NCBI GenBank assembly: GCA_000002435.2
Contig: CM018789.1
Length of the DNA: 64,000 nt
DNA from: Giardia intestinalis
Taxonomy: Eukaryota
Direction: 5' to 3' (one strand)
In this document: piece after piece, positions 18,384 to 28,500 of the stretch
Layout of the letters: each line of letters starts with the position of its first letter
Position numbering within the stretch: position 1 is the stretch's first letter
Program-made: the position numbers and the translations under genes
Notes under the pieces: generated by a model
The model's input: only the letters and a program-made list of their open reading frames with translations
Database searches by the model: none
Told to the model about the DNA's origin: nothing

Positions 18384-20855
18384 ATGTCTGGCCCAGGTCG
18401 CCGTGGTGTAAAGAACCGCTGCAATGCACTATTCATTAACATGGCTACCATTTGGAATACCTATGGGTTTGACGTAATGATGTATCATCTTCTATGTAAC
18501 GAAATTCTTGTCTACACCTTCTTTCTGATGAGCATCTACTCTGCTATCTATACCATCTATGGTATAATTGATTTCTCCTCCTCTCAGGCCCTTCTAACCT
18601 CAAACCTCTTCACGGTTATGCAAGGATATGGATATGATTGGATTTCCTTTGCCGTACAGATGTCTGCCATACTTGCTTTTGTTCTCTATACCAAGTTCCT
18701 GCTCATTTATAGACGCGACTTACTGAGAATCCAGGAATTGACACATCTAGACGTGAGTTTATATACACTTTTCCTTTACAACGTTAGGGCTAAGACGCGC
18801 GATGAAGACATAATTGCGCGCATCGACAAGGACTTAACATATCTAAAAGGTACATTTGCTGTTCCCAAAGAGGTACAGCGACCAGTAACCAAGGAGCAAG
18901 ACCCTAGGGGCGATAGAGGCGAAGCGTTCCATGTCTCAATGCATGAGAAGGTCATCAAGTGCGGGCAGAAGAGGTGGGGAAGAAAGGGTGATTGCGAAAG
19001 AGAGCATCACATAGATCACATCTTCTCATTGGAGAGGATTCGCGACTTAAATGTCTATCATGCTAAGAGACGTCTTGCAGAACTTGAGACGCAATACTAT
19101 AATCAGATTAAGGCAAATCCCCAGAAGCTTGTACCAAAGCGTGGTCGTGGAGCATCCTGCCTAAAGGCGCTTGGGATTATCAAGTGCATGCAAAAATATG
19201 GGCTTCTGCGGGATGCTATTTGGTATAATGAGGCTATTAAATGGGAGAAAATGAAAGTACAAAAGATGGAGGCCATGAGTTCAGAGACAAGCAAAGGAAT
19301 GGCTATTGTCATTTTCAAGTTGGCCTCAGCAAAAACGGCTTTCTACAATCATCGGCAGTCTTACTTGGGAGACAGATATGTCGCGGTTAAAGGAAACATC
19401 ATACGTGTCACCAAAGCACCATCACCCAGCGATGTGAATTGGGATAATGTGCACAGAGGGAGAGCTATTTTCCTTGTGATGTTCCTCTGTTGTCTTCTCC
19501 TTTCATTACTGCTTACATCCGTTGTTTATTTGATCACCGCAGTGATCAGAGCTTATCAGCGAATCATTGCGTCTCAGACAACCTCTGTCATTACGTCGCT
19601 CGCGCTAAGTGGAAGTATGTACCTTGTTATATTACTTTCCGATTATCTGGGGAGGGTCTTGATGACCAAGATCGTCCAACTAGAGCGCCATCACACAACC
19701 TCTGCGTATGAAACATCGTATCTGCTCCGTTACTTTATCTATATCTTTATCAATAGACTGACACCTCTATATTCCCGAACAATCTTGGAATATTTAACCA
19801 ATCTATTCACCAATCTATTCAAGCCATTGAACCTGAACAATTATTATTTTTTTAAAATAATAGACTTCACGAAAGATTGGCGGTGGGGAAAAGATACTCC
19901 GGGGCGCGACATATTAATGTATGTGATACTAGCAACTGTCCTTGATAACACACTTGATGTTATCCTGCACTATTTGCAACCCGCTGCATGGGGTGAATGC
20001 TGTCATAAACGTCACACAAGTAGCCCTGAACATCTCATAGAACGTGGTGATAGCGTTGTTGAGGAGAACACAGAAACAATAAGCTTGGTGACTACCAAGG
20101 CAAAGTACTACTGTGGCTGTCACTGTGAGTTCTGCAGAGTGCGGTCACATGACGAAGAAGCTTTGCGGCTAAAGCTAGAGTACAGCATGCTCTATTGCAG
20201 ACTGGCATCTATATTCACTTACAGTCTATCATTCGGATATACTCAGCCCGTAATACTCCCTATCGCATGTGTGTATTTTCTTTTGCAGAACATTGTGGGC
20301 AAATGCAAGCTCGTCTACTTGTCTAAACCGGGAAGGAAATTCTCAACCTCTCTGTCATCATATTTTTGTAACGTATTGCTGACCTTTAGCTATCTATTTG
20401 CAACAGCTACATTAGCTCAAGGGTATCTGTCCAGCGCGGTTGTGCCAGCTGGAATAGCTCTCTCTATTGGCTTCCCAATCGTCATTCTCTTCTCAGCTAT
20501 CTTCAATACTGCAACTATATGTGCTCTTATTAAAATCTGCCGCTGCAGAAGGAAAATTGAAAAGGAGACGTCCCTTCGCAAGAGCATCATAAGCCATAGT
20601 TATGGAATGCTCAGCAAAGAGATAGAAGAGGAAAGGCGGTTCAACAAGATGCCCATCTATGATCCTGACCTGCATGGAGAATATATATTTCAGCCAACAA
20701 CGGGCTATTCTGAAAAAGAATGTGCAAAGCTAAAGACTCTCTTATCTAGTGCAATCTCAGGAAAGGCAGATGACTCCAGCGCCACGCCTGAGGTAACAGA
20801 GGCGATGGCCGTATCGAAGTTAAGAGCCTCTCCTACATCGTCACAGATAGACTAG
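18384..20855 (+). CDS. OSCA / TMEM63 / CSC1-like (DUF221, RSN1_7TM) putative mechanosensitive or osmosensitive cation channel
   Basis: Multi-pass membrane protein of 823 aa. N-terminal TMs, then a cytosolic domain ending in RYVAVKGNIIRVTKAPSPSDVNWDNV, which matches the OSCA 'AP.P.DI.W.NL' signature. About 8 further TM helices follow. The start could instead be the internal Met at 18441. Confidence 0.6.
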   Translation: MSGPGRRGVKNRCNALFINMATIWNTYGFDVMMYHLLCNEILVYTFFLMSIYSAIYTIYGIIDFSSSQALLTSNLFTVMQGYGYDWISFAVQMSAILAFVLYTKFLLIYRRDLLRIQELTHLDVSLYTLFLYNVRAKTRDEDIIARIDKDLTYLKGTFAVPKEVQRPVTKEQDPRGDRGEAFHVSMHEKVIKCGQKRWGRKGDCEREHHIDHIFSLERIRDLNVYHAKRRLAELETQYYNQIKANPQKLVPKRGRGASCLKALGIIKCMQKYGLLRDAIWYNEAIKWEKMKVQKMEAMSSETSKGMAIVIFKLASAKTAFYNHRQSYLGDRYVAVKGNIIRVTKAPSPSDVNWDNVHRGRAIFLVMFLCCLLLSLLLTSVVYLITAVIRAYQRIIASQTTSVITSLALSGSMYLVILLSDYLGRVLMTKIVQLERHHTTSAYETSYLLRYFIYIFINRLTPLYSRTILEYLTNLFTNLFKPLNLNNYYFFKIIDFTKDWRWGKDTPGRDILMYVILATVLDNTLDVILHYLQPAAWGECCHKRHTSSPEHLIERGDSVVEENTETISLVTTKAKYYCGCHCEFCRVRSHDEEALRLKLEYSMLYCRLASIFTYSLSFGYTQPVILPIACVYFLLQNIVGKCKLVYLSKPGRKFSTSLSSYFCNVLLTFSYLFATATLAQGYLSSAVVPAGIALSIGFPIVILFSAIFNTATICALIKICRCRRKIEKETSLRKSIISHSYGMLSKEIEEERRFNKMPIYDPDLHGEYIFQPTTGYSEKECAKLKTLLSSAISGKADDSSATPEVTEAMAVSKLRASPTSSQID

Positions 20856-20948
20856 TGTACTCTGTCTAGTTACCCTTTCCCTGCGCCTATACAAAGTTAT
20901 GCTGTCTCTGAAGGGCGCCAGTAATCTCTTGTCTCAGAATGTTTCAAA

Positions 20949-21758
20949 ATGATTAAAATGAACTCGCAAGATGACCAGAGTGAAGAGCTCTTTATGCCAG
21001 AGGCGGAGTTCTCTGATGTTCAGCTTAACCTAGAGTTCGCTGACTCGTCAGAAGACTTTAAACCGGAGATTGAGACGCTAGCTGGTGCATTTTGGGCACA
21101 GACGCCACACAGTGAGCTTGCCTTTGAATTGGCCAAAATAGTTTCAGCCCAGCCTGAAATTGGTACAGTTGCTTGTGGCGACGACTCGGCTGTCCTAGGA
21201 TACCATAGTATAATTAACTTAGGACAGCACATGCATATCTCAGCCATAGAGGCCCTCTTTGACTTGCTATTAAATGCCTTAGAAGAATACAAAGACACGT
21301 TGCCGCCTGCTAAGCTTTTCTGGCAACGCCTTAAGGCTGGGACTGTTTGCCTAGGGTTTCTGACTACAGGCCGCTACACAAATTTGCCTATGAGTGCAAT
21401 TGCAGCCTTCTATCAGGTTGTCAAGGACGACATAGAGTGGGCCTCTAGTGCAAAATACAATAGCAGCACTCCGTCACATCTCTTTAAGTTCACTCACATC
21501 CTTTACATCACCAAGGCCGTGCTGAAGGATACTGAGCCTTCCATGAACCAAACAACTGGGTGCACAACTAATCCATTAAACCGCCTCAAGAAACGAAGCC
21601 TGGCTCGGCCAGAGGACACAACCATTATTGAATGTTCTCTATTTACTCTTCTTGTACCAGCTTCCTTGGGCTCATTTACCTGCTGGGTGATCTCTGTTCT
21701 AGATTTGGCCGGGTACCTTCGTGTCTCGAAAGCATTAGCTGATGAGGACTTCGATTGA
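20949..21758 (+). CDS. hypothetical protein, 269 aa, acidic N-terminus
   Basis: ORF with codon usage consistent with its neighbours. No motif recognised. Confidence 0.5.
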   Translation: MIKMNSQDDQSEELFMPEAEFSDVQLNLEFADSSEDFKPEIETLAGAFWAQTPHSELAFELAKIVSAQPEIGTVACGDDSAVLGYHSIINLGQHMHISAIEALFDLLLNALEEYKDTLPPAKLFWQRLKAGTVCLGFLTTGRYTNLPMSAIAAFYQVVKDDIEWASSAKYNSSTPSHLFKFTHILYITKAVLKDTEPSMNQTTGCTTNPLNRLKKRSLARPEDTTIIECSLFTLLVPASLGSFTCWVISVLDLAGYLRVSKALADEDFD

Positions 21759-21823
21759 GTCAATATAGGTGTTGCATACGTGCCATCCGCCGGAAGTTGT
21801 TTGCATAACAGGTGATTGTCATG

Positions 21824-24800
21824 TCAGCGTGGTCCCTTCAGTAGTTCCCGAATGCGGTTATCGTTAGCCCAGTACAGCGCGTTCTTCTTGTCTGGCTGGG
21901 TGATGTCCAGCTCCTCATCTAATAGTAAACGAACACATGCTTCATGCCCATTTGTTGCAGCAGCCATGAGCGCAGTGAAGCCTTCACCAAGCTCATAAGC
22001 TGCGGTAGTCGTCATTCTGACCTCCATATCCTTCAACAATTTGACACAGTCAGTGTACCCATTCCAAGCGGCAAACATGAGCGCCGTGCGGCCCTCCTTA
22101 TTCTGCATACGTCCCTCTACGGGAAGAAGCATGCGGCAGGCCTCCAAATTCCCCTTACTTGCGGCAAGCATTAACGAAGTTGTTCCATTGTTCCAGCCGC
22201 GGCCAGTCATCTGCATTTTCGCCTCATAAGGTATGAGCAAACGCATTATTCCGAGATACCCCCGTTCTGCAGCAATCATGAGACCCGTGCGGCCATTTCT
22301 ATCTGTGAGCTTAGCCTGCTTGGCCAGTAATGAATATACCTGAACAATGTCATTAAGTTCAGCCGCTTGCATGAGTTCTGTGCAACTCTTTCCGTCGTGC
22401 GGAAGAATATCATCTGTGCTGGGTGTCTCCCGACGAGCTAGTATTTCCGCTGTCTGTAAATTGCCAGCCTCCAAGGCGAAAGCCAGCGCTGTCTGCCCAT
22501 CTTTTGTCATTATTCCAGCTTCAGCGTTCAAAAGGCAATAAACTGCATCAGTGTAGTCGAGCTTTGCAGCTATCATTAGGGCTGTTTCCCCATTACTATT
22601 TTTCTTCCCAGCCTCCACAGGAGCAAGAAGTTTGACGAAGTCCAACTTTCGCCGAGTTACGGCTATCATAAGTGCCGTGTAAAGTGGATAGGGAGGAATG
22701 TCTCTAGTCTGCATGCCCGCCTCTCTATTTATTAAGCGCCGCGCAATATCAAGTCTATCATGTTCTACTGAATACATCAGTGCGGTCCTGCCGTTAATAT
22801 CCATCAATCCAGCTGAGAGATCTATCAGCAACAAGGCTGCATCGGTAAACCCAACTTGGATGGCATACATCAACGGCGAAATACCTTGTTGATCTTGCCT
22901 TCTTGAAAGGCTATCCATAGCTTGTTGCACAGCCGTGATATCCTTATTAGTTATGGCACGGAAAAGAACGTTGTCATCGTGCTGTCTTTGCATGGTTGTG
23001 CGTACAATATTTGTATTAATAGTTGGGGACACTGCTTCGGAGACAGTCACTGTTTCCACCATAGGGCTTATGGTAGTGTTGACGACGCTGACTCGCCGAT
23101 CTATAGGTTTGGGTACATTTGCCAGAGCCGTGGACGCTGAGGAGGGACGATAAATTACATCCTGCAAAAGACCATGTGAAGCATTTGCATTAGGCTCCAA
23201 GAGCGGCTGTTCCTTATGTGACTGGTGGGCATTAGGGGCATGGCCTCCCGGTAAGTAATCATCGTTTCCGGTATGTGCTTGCTGAATCGTAGCAAATCCA
23301 GGAGTGAACAGAGACGGGGTTGCTGTTGTCACAGAGTCCTCAATTGGTGCTGATGTTATGCTGCCGCGCCTATTCTCAATAGCGTGCTGCAACGCGGAGA
23401 GGATGTCGTCTTCGGAGATACGTGCTGGCGTTTCGTGCATCCGTCGAGGATCCAGTGAGCTCATTTCATGCATATCGGGGATACCTCGCAATGCAGAATT
23501 GGGGCCGGCTGCAGACGCAGAGCCTGGGCGTGATGATCCCTGCTGCTTGGCATGTCCAGAACTCTGAAAAGTGTATGTACCTGAACCTGCAGGATAAGAC
23601 TGTCCCGAAACAAGCCTTATGGCCTCTAACTCAGCGACCCGTTGCTTCAGTTCTGAGCATTCCCTGATGTACTTTTGAATATTTGCCTCTTTGTTTTGAC
23701 GTAGAGGCTGCAAAATACTGATGAAATCTTGCCGTAACTTGTCTTGGGCTATAGCCAGAGCAGAATCTATATCACGTAACTCAAACATGATGCTTTTGCT
23801 CAAAAGGGCAGACAATGCAACTGTGGATCCACCCATCACGGCATAATAAAGAGCCGTGTTACCTGCTGCATCCCTCTCTGTGCATAGTTTTTCCAGAAGT
23901 ATGTTTATGGATTGCACGCTTCCACTGTGTGCTGCAAGCATCAAAGCAGTGCAACCAGCCGGCCATGTGGAAAGTTGTGTTGTGGAGAAGTAGGCCTCAT
24001 AGTCTAATAGTAGCTTGACGATGAGATAGTGTCCAGAGATCACAGCATGCATGAGAGCTGTAAATCCATCAGATTGCTGAATCCCTGCTTCATGCTCTGC
24101 TAAGACAAAAGCTATGTCAATAAAGCCATTGCATGCAGCATGCATGAGTGCTGTCTTGTTATCTCTATCTCTTACCCTCGCCATTATACCTACATGAGCC
24201 TTTACATATGCGACATTATTTTGCTGGACGGCAGAGAACCAGGCATCGCCGAGATCTGTCTGGGTTCCAATAGAGTTACTGGCCATAATTTGAGATATAT
24301 TGAGCCTGCTACTAGAGAGACTCGGCGGAAGGGCATAGGCTGGGCCCTTTTGAGAGTCTTTGGCATCTGGAAATTCAAGGCCGTGCTGCTGCTTGAGCTG
24401 TGCCAGTTCAGTAGTCAGAGCTTCTATTATTCCTGCTTGAGAGGTGATTTCGAACTTCTGTAGCATGTAATCGTTTCGAAGCTTTTCAAGCTCTTTGTTA
24501 TCAGCATTCTCAGAAAAATTTAATTGCGATGATTCCATAATACAAACATTAGAGTACAGTTTAGATACAAAGTCTGTTACTTTCTCTTTTTTAGTTTCAG
24601 GTAAATCTAAAAGAATTTCATGAAACGTACAATCCATATCTTTGTCGGGAAAATGAAGTGTGCGGAGCGGTGTCTTAAGCTTTTCTGCAAGGCGGGAAGC
24701 TGGAGACATTCGTATGGATGTAATTGCATCTAGCGCCGACAGAATAGTCTTATCTTCATACACCTTGCTGCCATCTAGGTTCAGCATTGGAGAGGTAAGC

Positions 24801-26398
24801 CTGTTATGACTCAGCGGAGGGGTAGCAGCAATTTTACTTTTAACCAACGTGTGCCCTTCTAATGCAGTTATATATTTTTGAACATCCTTCCAACTTTCTA
24901 TTGCATCTAAAGGAGAAATACCGTTAGGCATATTCGATAAGTCTTCTGCAGTGGTTACCATGGCCAGCTTTCCTGGAGTGTTTGACGATTGATGATTAAT
25001 TAGGTTGACCATTGGTGCCATCGCACTAATAAGCTGCTTGGTGGTCTTGACTGCAGGACTATTAACGACCTCAAGCACGCTTTGATATGTCCGCGCAGAT
25101 GGCGGGGTATTCGTTCCATTTGCTACTGTTCCTATATGTGACAACGCTAAGCGCAGATTTCGCTCAATTTCGCTAAAGGAGCTAAAAGAACGGTCAGTCT
25201 GCACAACGGGAGCAGGAGCAGACGATGCACCGGCGAATGGCTGCATGTTCAATGTTGGCAGAGTCGACTCCGTATTGATAAATGTGTGCAAAGTAGAAGG
25301 GTTAGAAGACGTGATCCCCGTGGGGATATGCTGTGATAACGTGCTCACATCCGAAAGAGTGCTAAAATCGTAAGGCACATAAGGTTTGTACGTGGATGAT
25401 GTATTGGTGCTTATCTTTGGGGCTGTAAAGTTGGCTAACGGTGAAAGAGATCCATGAGTAGCTGTGGTAGAGTCGATCACGTTGGAGTCTGGTAACACAG
25501 AGAAGCCGTCAACTGACGTCTTTGTATCAGCCTGCTTCTGTTGCTGTGCACCAAAGTGGTAACTTCGTTGCATAGGTTGCTGAGTCTGTTTCCCGGGGGT
25601 GAGTGACTCTACTCCCATTGACTTCGATAGGGAGGGTCTTAAATTGTCAATGAATCCATCAGGACGAGGGATCTTAGACGTGACATTCATAGAGGACGCC
25701 TGTGAAGCGTCGCTATCTGCTGTAAGGATATTATTTGCCGAGGCTGCTGGCTTGAAGCCATCTTTGACATCTGTCTTGAGTGATTTAACATTTATTTGGG
25801 AACTTGCAAAGGAATGATGATGCTCAAGAGCCTCCTTCAACGCTGTCTCAATTGCACCAAGGTCCTTAGCCCGTGCTAAAGAAAGAGAGAGCTCAAGCAC
25901 CTCCTCTTGGAAGACCATTCTTTGTAGCAAGAGGCGAACACAAACAAGGCTCTCCGCTAGAACCGCATAGTCCAGAGCACAGAGATCGTGACTGTCCCGC
26001 CTGTACGACACATATTTTAGGAGCACAGAAAGAGACTCCACAGAGACCGATTTGGCGGCAATCATAAGGCAGTCTCGCCCTCGGTCACAATAGATATTGG
26101 CCTCGTACGGAGCTAAAAGTTCGCAAACGTCAGGGTAATCCCTCGAGGCAGCAATCATTAACGCTGTCCTGCCATCTCTTGTCATTCGCCCATGTTCGTG
26201 GGCAGCCAGGATGCGAACAATGCCTATTTTGTTCAAACGGGCAGCCAAAATAAGAGCTGTATCTCCAGCATCATTCACGGTGAGCTTATACTGTGGCAGA
26301 AGCTGTTGAATAAGGCTCGTGTCACCTGCCTCCACGGCACCAAACCAGTCTGCGCTTCCTGGCATCAGAATTTTAATGAAATATTTACTTAACTTCAT
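21824..26398 (-). CDS. ankyrin-repeat protein of the Giardia 'Protein 21.1' type, with ANK arrays at both ends flanking a long Ser/Thr/Pro-rich and coiled-coil middle
   Basis: Many 33-aa repeats of the form G.TALM.AA..G......LL (for example DGRTALMIAASRDY, NGETALMIAAKLDYTDAVYCLL). The central region contains LKQRVAELEAIRL coiled coil. Length 1524 aa. Confidence 0.8.
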   Translation of the reverse strand: MKLSKYFIKILMPGSADWFGAVEAGDTSLIQQLLPQYKLTVNDAGDTALILAARLNKIGIVRILAAHEHGRMTRDGRTALMIAASRDYPDVCELLAPYEANIYCDRGRDCLMIAAKSVSVESLSVLLKYVSYRRDSHDLCALDYAVLAESLVCVRLLLQRMVFQEEVLELSLSLARAKDLGAIETALKEALEHHHSFASSQINVKSLKTDVKDGFKPAASANNILTADSDASQASSMNVTSKIPRPDGFIDNLRPSLSKSMGVESLTPGKQTQQPMQRSYHFGAQQQKQADTKTSVDGFSVLPDSNVIDSTTATHGSLSPLANFTAPKISTNTSSTYKPYVPYDFSTLSDVSTLSQHIPTGITSSNPSTLHTFINTESTLPTLNMQPFAGASSAPAPVVQTDRSFSSFSEIERNLRLALSHIGTVANGTNTPPSARTYQSVLEVVNSPAVKTTKQLISAMAPMVNLINHQSSNTPGKLAMVTTAEDLSNMPNGISPLDAIESWKDVQKYITALEGHTLVKSKIAATPPLSHNRLTSPMLNLDGSKVYEDKTILSALDAITSIRMSPASRLAEKLKTPLRTLHFPDKDMDCTFHEILLDLPETKKEKVTDFVSKLYSNVCIMESSQLNFSENADNKELEKLRNDYMLQKFEITSQAGIIEALTTELAQLKQQHGLEFPDAKDSQKGPAYALPPSLSSSRLNISQIMASNSIGTQTDLGDAWFSAVQQNNVAYVKAHVGIMARVRDRDNKTALMHAACNGFIDIAFVLAEHEAGIQQSDGFTALMHAVISGHYLIVKLLLDYEAYFSTTQLSTWPAGCTALMLAAHSGSVQSINILLEKLCTERDAAGNTALYYAVMGGSTVALSALLSKSIMFELRDIDSALAIAQDKLRQDFISILQPLRQNKEANIQKYIRECSELKQRVAELEAIRLVSGQSYPAGSGTYTFQSSGHAKQQGSSRPGSASAAGPNSALRGIPDMHEMSSLDPRRMHETPARISEDDILSALQHAIENRRGSITSAPIEDSVTTATPSLFTPGFATIQQAHTGNDDYLPGGHAPNAHQSHKEQPLLEPNANASHGLLQDVIYRPSSASTALANVPKPIDRRVSVVNTTISPMVETVTVSEAVSPTINTNIVRTTMQRQHDDNVLFRAITNKDITAVQQAMDSLSRRQDQQGISPLMYAIQVGFTDAALLLIDLSAGLMDINGRTALMYSVEHDRLDIARRLINREAGMQTRDIPPYPLYTALMIAVTRRKLDFVKLLAPVEAGKKNSNGETALMIAAKLDYTDAVYCLLNAEAGIMTKDGQTALAFALEAGNLQTAEILARRETPSTDDILPHDGKSCTELMQAAELNDIVQVYSLLAKQAKLTDRNGRTGLMIAAERGYLGIMRLLIPYEAKMQMTGRGWNNGTTSLMLAASKGNLEACRMLLPVEGRMQNKEGRTALMFAAWNGYTDCVKLLKDMEVRMTTTAAYELGEGFTALMAAATNGHEACVRLLLDEELDITQPDKKNALYWANDNRIRELLKGPR

Positions 26399-27072
26399 GT
26401 CCAGGAAAGCGCCTCTAGAACATCATTCTTCGACTCGCCCAACGTAACATCATGATTGTGCCCAGGGTAGATTCTGAAATCGTCAGACAGTTCTTTGTAA
26501 ATTCGTTTCACAGATGCTTTTAATTGCTTTGAAGATCCACCGGGGAAATCTGTTCGTCCGACGGAGTTAGCAAATATGGTATCACCCGTGAAAACGACCT
26601 TGGCCTTATTACAGTACAACAGAGAGGAGCCCGGCGTATGGCCTGGGGTGTGCATAATCCTGAAGATGTTATCGTTGCCTAGATCAAAGGTCGACTCCTC
26701 ACTGAATGTTTCATCCGGTTCAGCTGGAAAGTCAGCTGGAACGGACTCCCCAAAGAGAGGAGCAAACATTCTGTTTGCCTTCCAATGGGTAACATCATCT
26801 GCGTGGGAATATATCTTAGGGGAGCCAAATCTGTCACCCTCCTTTTTCAACTCATTCACCACATAACCAGTCCCAAAGACGTGATCGAAGTGCGTGTGAG
26901 TAAGGAGGATGAAGAGGACCTTGAGTTTTTGCTTCTTCACATAGTCTAAAACATCGGGACAGCTCGCACCAGGATCGACAATCAGTGCGTTGCAGCTTTT
27001 CGGATCAAACGCAACATAGCAGTTTGCTTGCAGGGGGCCCGTAGGGAATGTAGCAACGGTCAGAGACATCAC
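26395..27072 (-). CDS. metallo-beta-lactamase-fold hydrolase, hydroxyacylglutathione hydrolase (glyoxalase II)-like
   Basis: LLTHTHFDHVFG carries the HxHxDH zinc motif, and the downstream HTPGHTPGS and DTIFANSVGRTD motifs match glyoxalase-II/MBL conserved blocks. Length 225 aa. The stop overlaps the start of the upstream ANK gene by 4 nt (ATGA). Confidence 0.8.
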   Translation of the reverse strand: MMSLTVATFPTGPLQANCYVAFDPKSCNALIVDPGASCPDVLDYVKKQKLKVLFILLTHTHFDHVFGTGYVVNELKKEGDRFGSPKIYSHADDVTHWKANRMFAPLFGESVPADFPAEPDETFSEESTFDLGNDNIFRIMHTPGHTPGSSLLYCNKAKVVFTGDTIFANSVGRTDFPGGSSKQLKASVKRIYKELSDDFRIYPGHNHDVTLGESKNDVLEALSWT

Positions 27073-27131
27073 AGGCTGTTTTTGACCTTAGTTTTCAAAA
27101 CTGCGCCAAGCTGAATTAAAACGGCGAAACA

Positions 27132-27518
27132 ATGCCGATACCGGAGGTGCGTCGACAATTGGCGGCACTCATCAAAGCTGTTCAGCGTGGGGAATGGCCG
27201 GCCATACTGCCGCCTGAAATTACCGCAAAAGATTACAGCATTCTTGTGCAGTACATATCTAACCCAGACCAGCGCGTTGAGGCAACACGAAAGCTGGCAG
27301 GACTGATAGTGGACCTGAAGACCAACGCACGCTTGCTTCTGGACTCCAATCCGTTTGCTACAGAGAAGGAGCAGCTGCGGCAGATCTTCCGGGAGCAGGA
27401 GCAGCTTATTCCGAACGCGTCGATCGGGTGCTCCTTCAGCCGGCGCAGCCTCCTGCTTTCGCACAACACGAGTAGGGCGAGCGTCCTTCAGTCACAGAGC
27501 GCCTCGTTCAGCGAGTAA
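27132..27518 (+). CDS. hypothetical small protein, 128 aa
   Basis: ORF filling the gap between the MBL gene start and the tRNA. No motif recognised. Confidence 0.4.
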   Translation: MPIPEVRRQLAALIKAVQRGEWPAILPPEITAKDYSILVQYISNPDQRVEATRKLAGLIVDLKTNARLLLDSNPFATEKEQLRQIFREQEQLIPNASIGCSFSRRSLLLSHNTSRASVLQSQSASFSE

Positions 27519-27573
27519 ACCCAACCAATACAACCATACTACCTATACAATTTATATGTTCTCGCGCAGGCGA

Positions 27574-27655
27574 CGGCGCTATGGCCGAGTGGTTAAGGCG
27601 ACAGACTTGAAATCTGTTGTGCGTCGCACGCGTGGGTTCGAACCCCACTGGCGCC
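27574..27655 (+). tRNA. tRNA-Ser, anticodon UGA, class II with long variable arm
   Basis: Manual fold. Acceptor GGCGCUA pairs with UGGCGCC (one G-U). D-arm is GCC-GAGUGGUUAA-GGC. Anticodon stem ACAGA/UCUGU encloses loop CUUGAAA, giving anticodon UGA. Variable arm is 15 nt (UGUGCGUCGCACGCG). T-arm is GUGGG-UUCGAAC-CCCAC, and the discriminator is G. No CCA is encoded. Confidence 0.8.
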
Positions 27656-27889
27656 GCTTTCGTCTGGGCTTCCGCCGGGATAACGCTTCATGCTATGCGC
27701 TCACTTCTCCGTCGAGCACTGCATCCACCTCCAACTCTGGTGCTACCAGCGGACCCCAAGACCTTTTGGACGAGCGTCGATATGTTATGGCTGTCCTAGC
27801 GCACACTAATAAAGCTGGAGATGGCAGAGCAATTTTGAGCCTAGAAGCCACACATAATGGAAAGTACATATTAACTGCAAACGTGTGAT

Positions 27890-28500
27890 GATGATTCACT
27901 CCGCCCACCGGCTGCCCCCGGCGCTAGCTATTGAGCTCCGCGACGGACCCTCCATCCTTGGCCGTGGAGCGGGGCTCCTCAAGGCAGCAGGGGGCCAGCG
28001 CGGTCGCCGCTCCCATCCCCAGCCGCCGGGCTAGCACGCCCACTGAGCCGCGACAGGCCCATCAGAGTCTACTTGTTTGCATGTTCTGCGGAGGGCGGCG
28101 CGTTTCTACCGTGGGTCAGGGGGCGAGGGATCTCGTCGGAAGCCGTGCAGATGCACCGATCGGGCAGCAGCCCCAGAAGATCGCCAGCCTGGCCTGTGCT
28201 GGCAAGTCGGGCAGTGGCGACGAGCGCTCCGGTCCGGGAGAACATGGTCTGCCCGTGTCTTCGCGCTGTCCACCGGCGGCCCCTCGCCTCCCGATCTGCT
28301 GCCCACGGGTGAGGACGGGGGCGACAATCGTTGCGGCCCTTGATGGCCCGCTGGGGGCCGGGCTCCTGCCATGTCAGAGGCAGATGCGCAGCCCGGCCCT
28401 AGAGCCAGCCCTGGATGAGTCCCTGCACCGCGCCCCGGGCGGCCTCGCTGGCGGCGGCGGCGGCCCTGACCCCGTGTGCCTTCGCCTCGTAGGGGGCCAG
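27890..28500. other. GC-rich island (about 68% GC versus 48% background), mostly non-coding, 3' of the ANK pseudokinase gene and 235 bp from the tRNA
   Basis: Abrupt composition shift is visible directly (ccgcccaccggctgcccccggcgc...). Only Arg/Pro/Gly-rich artefactual ORFs occur, in several frames. Confidence 0.5.

Noticed and set aside
27355-27888. 177-aa plus-strand ORF spanning the tRNA-Ser gene
   Set aside because: It reads directly through a well-folding tRNA. The protein is Arg/Ser-rich and low-complexity, so it is not a gene.
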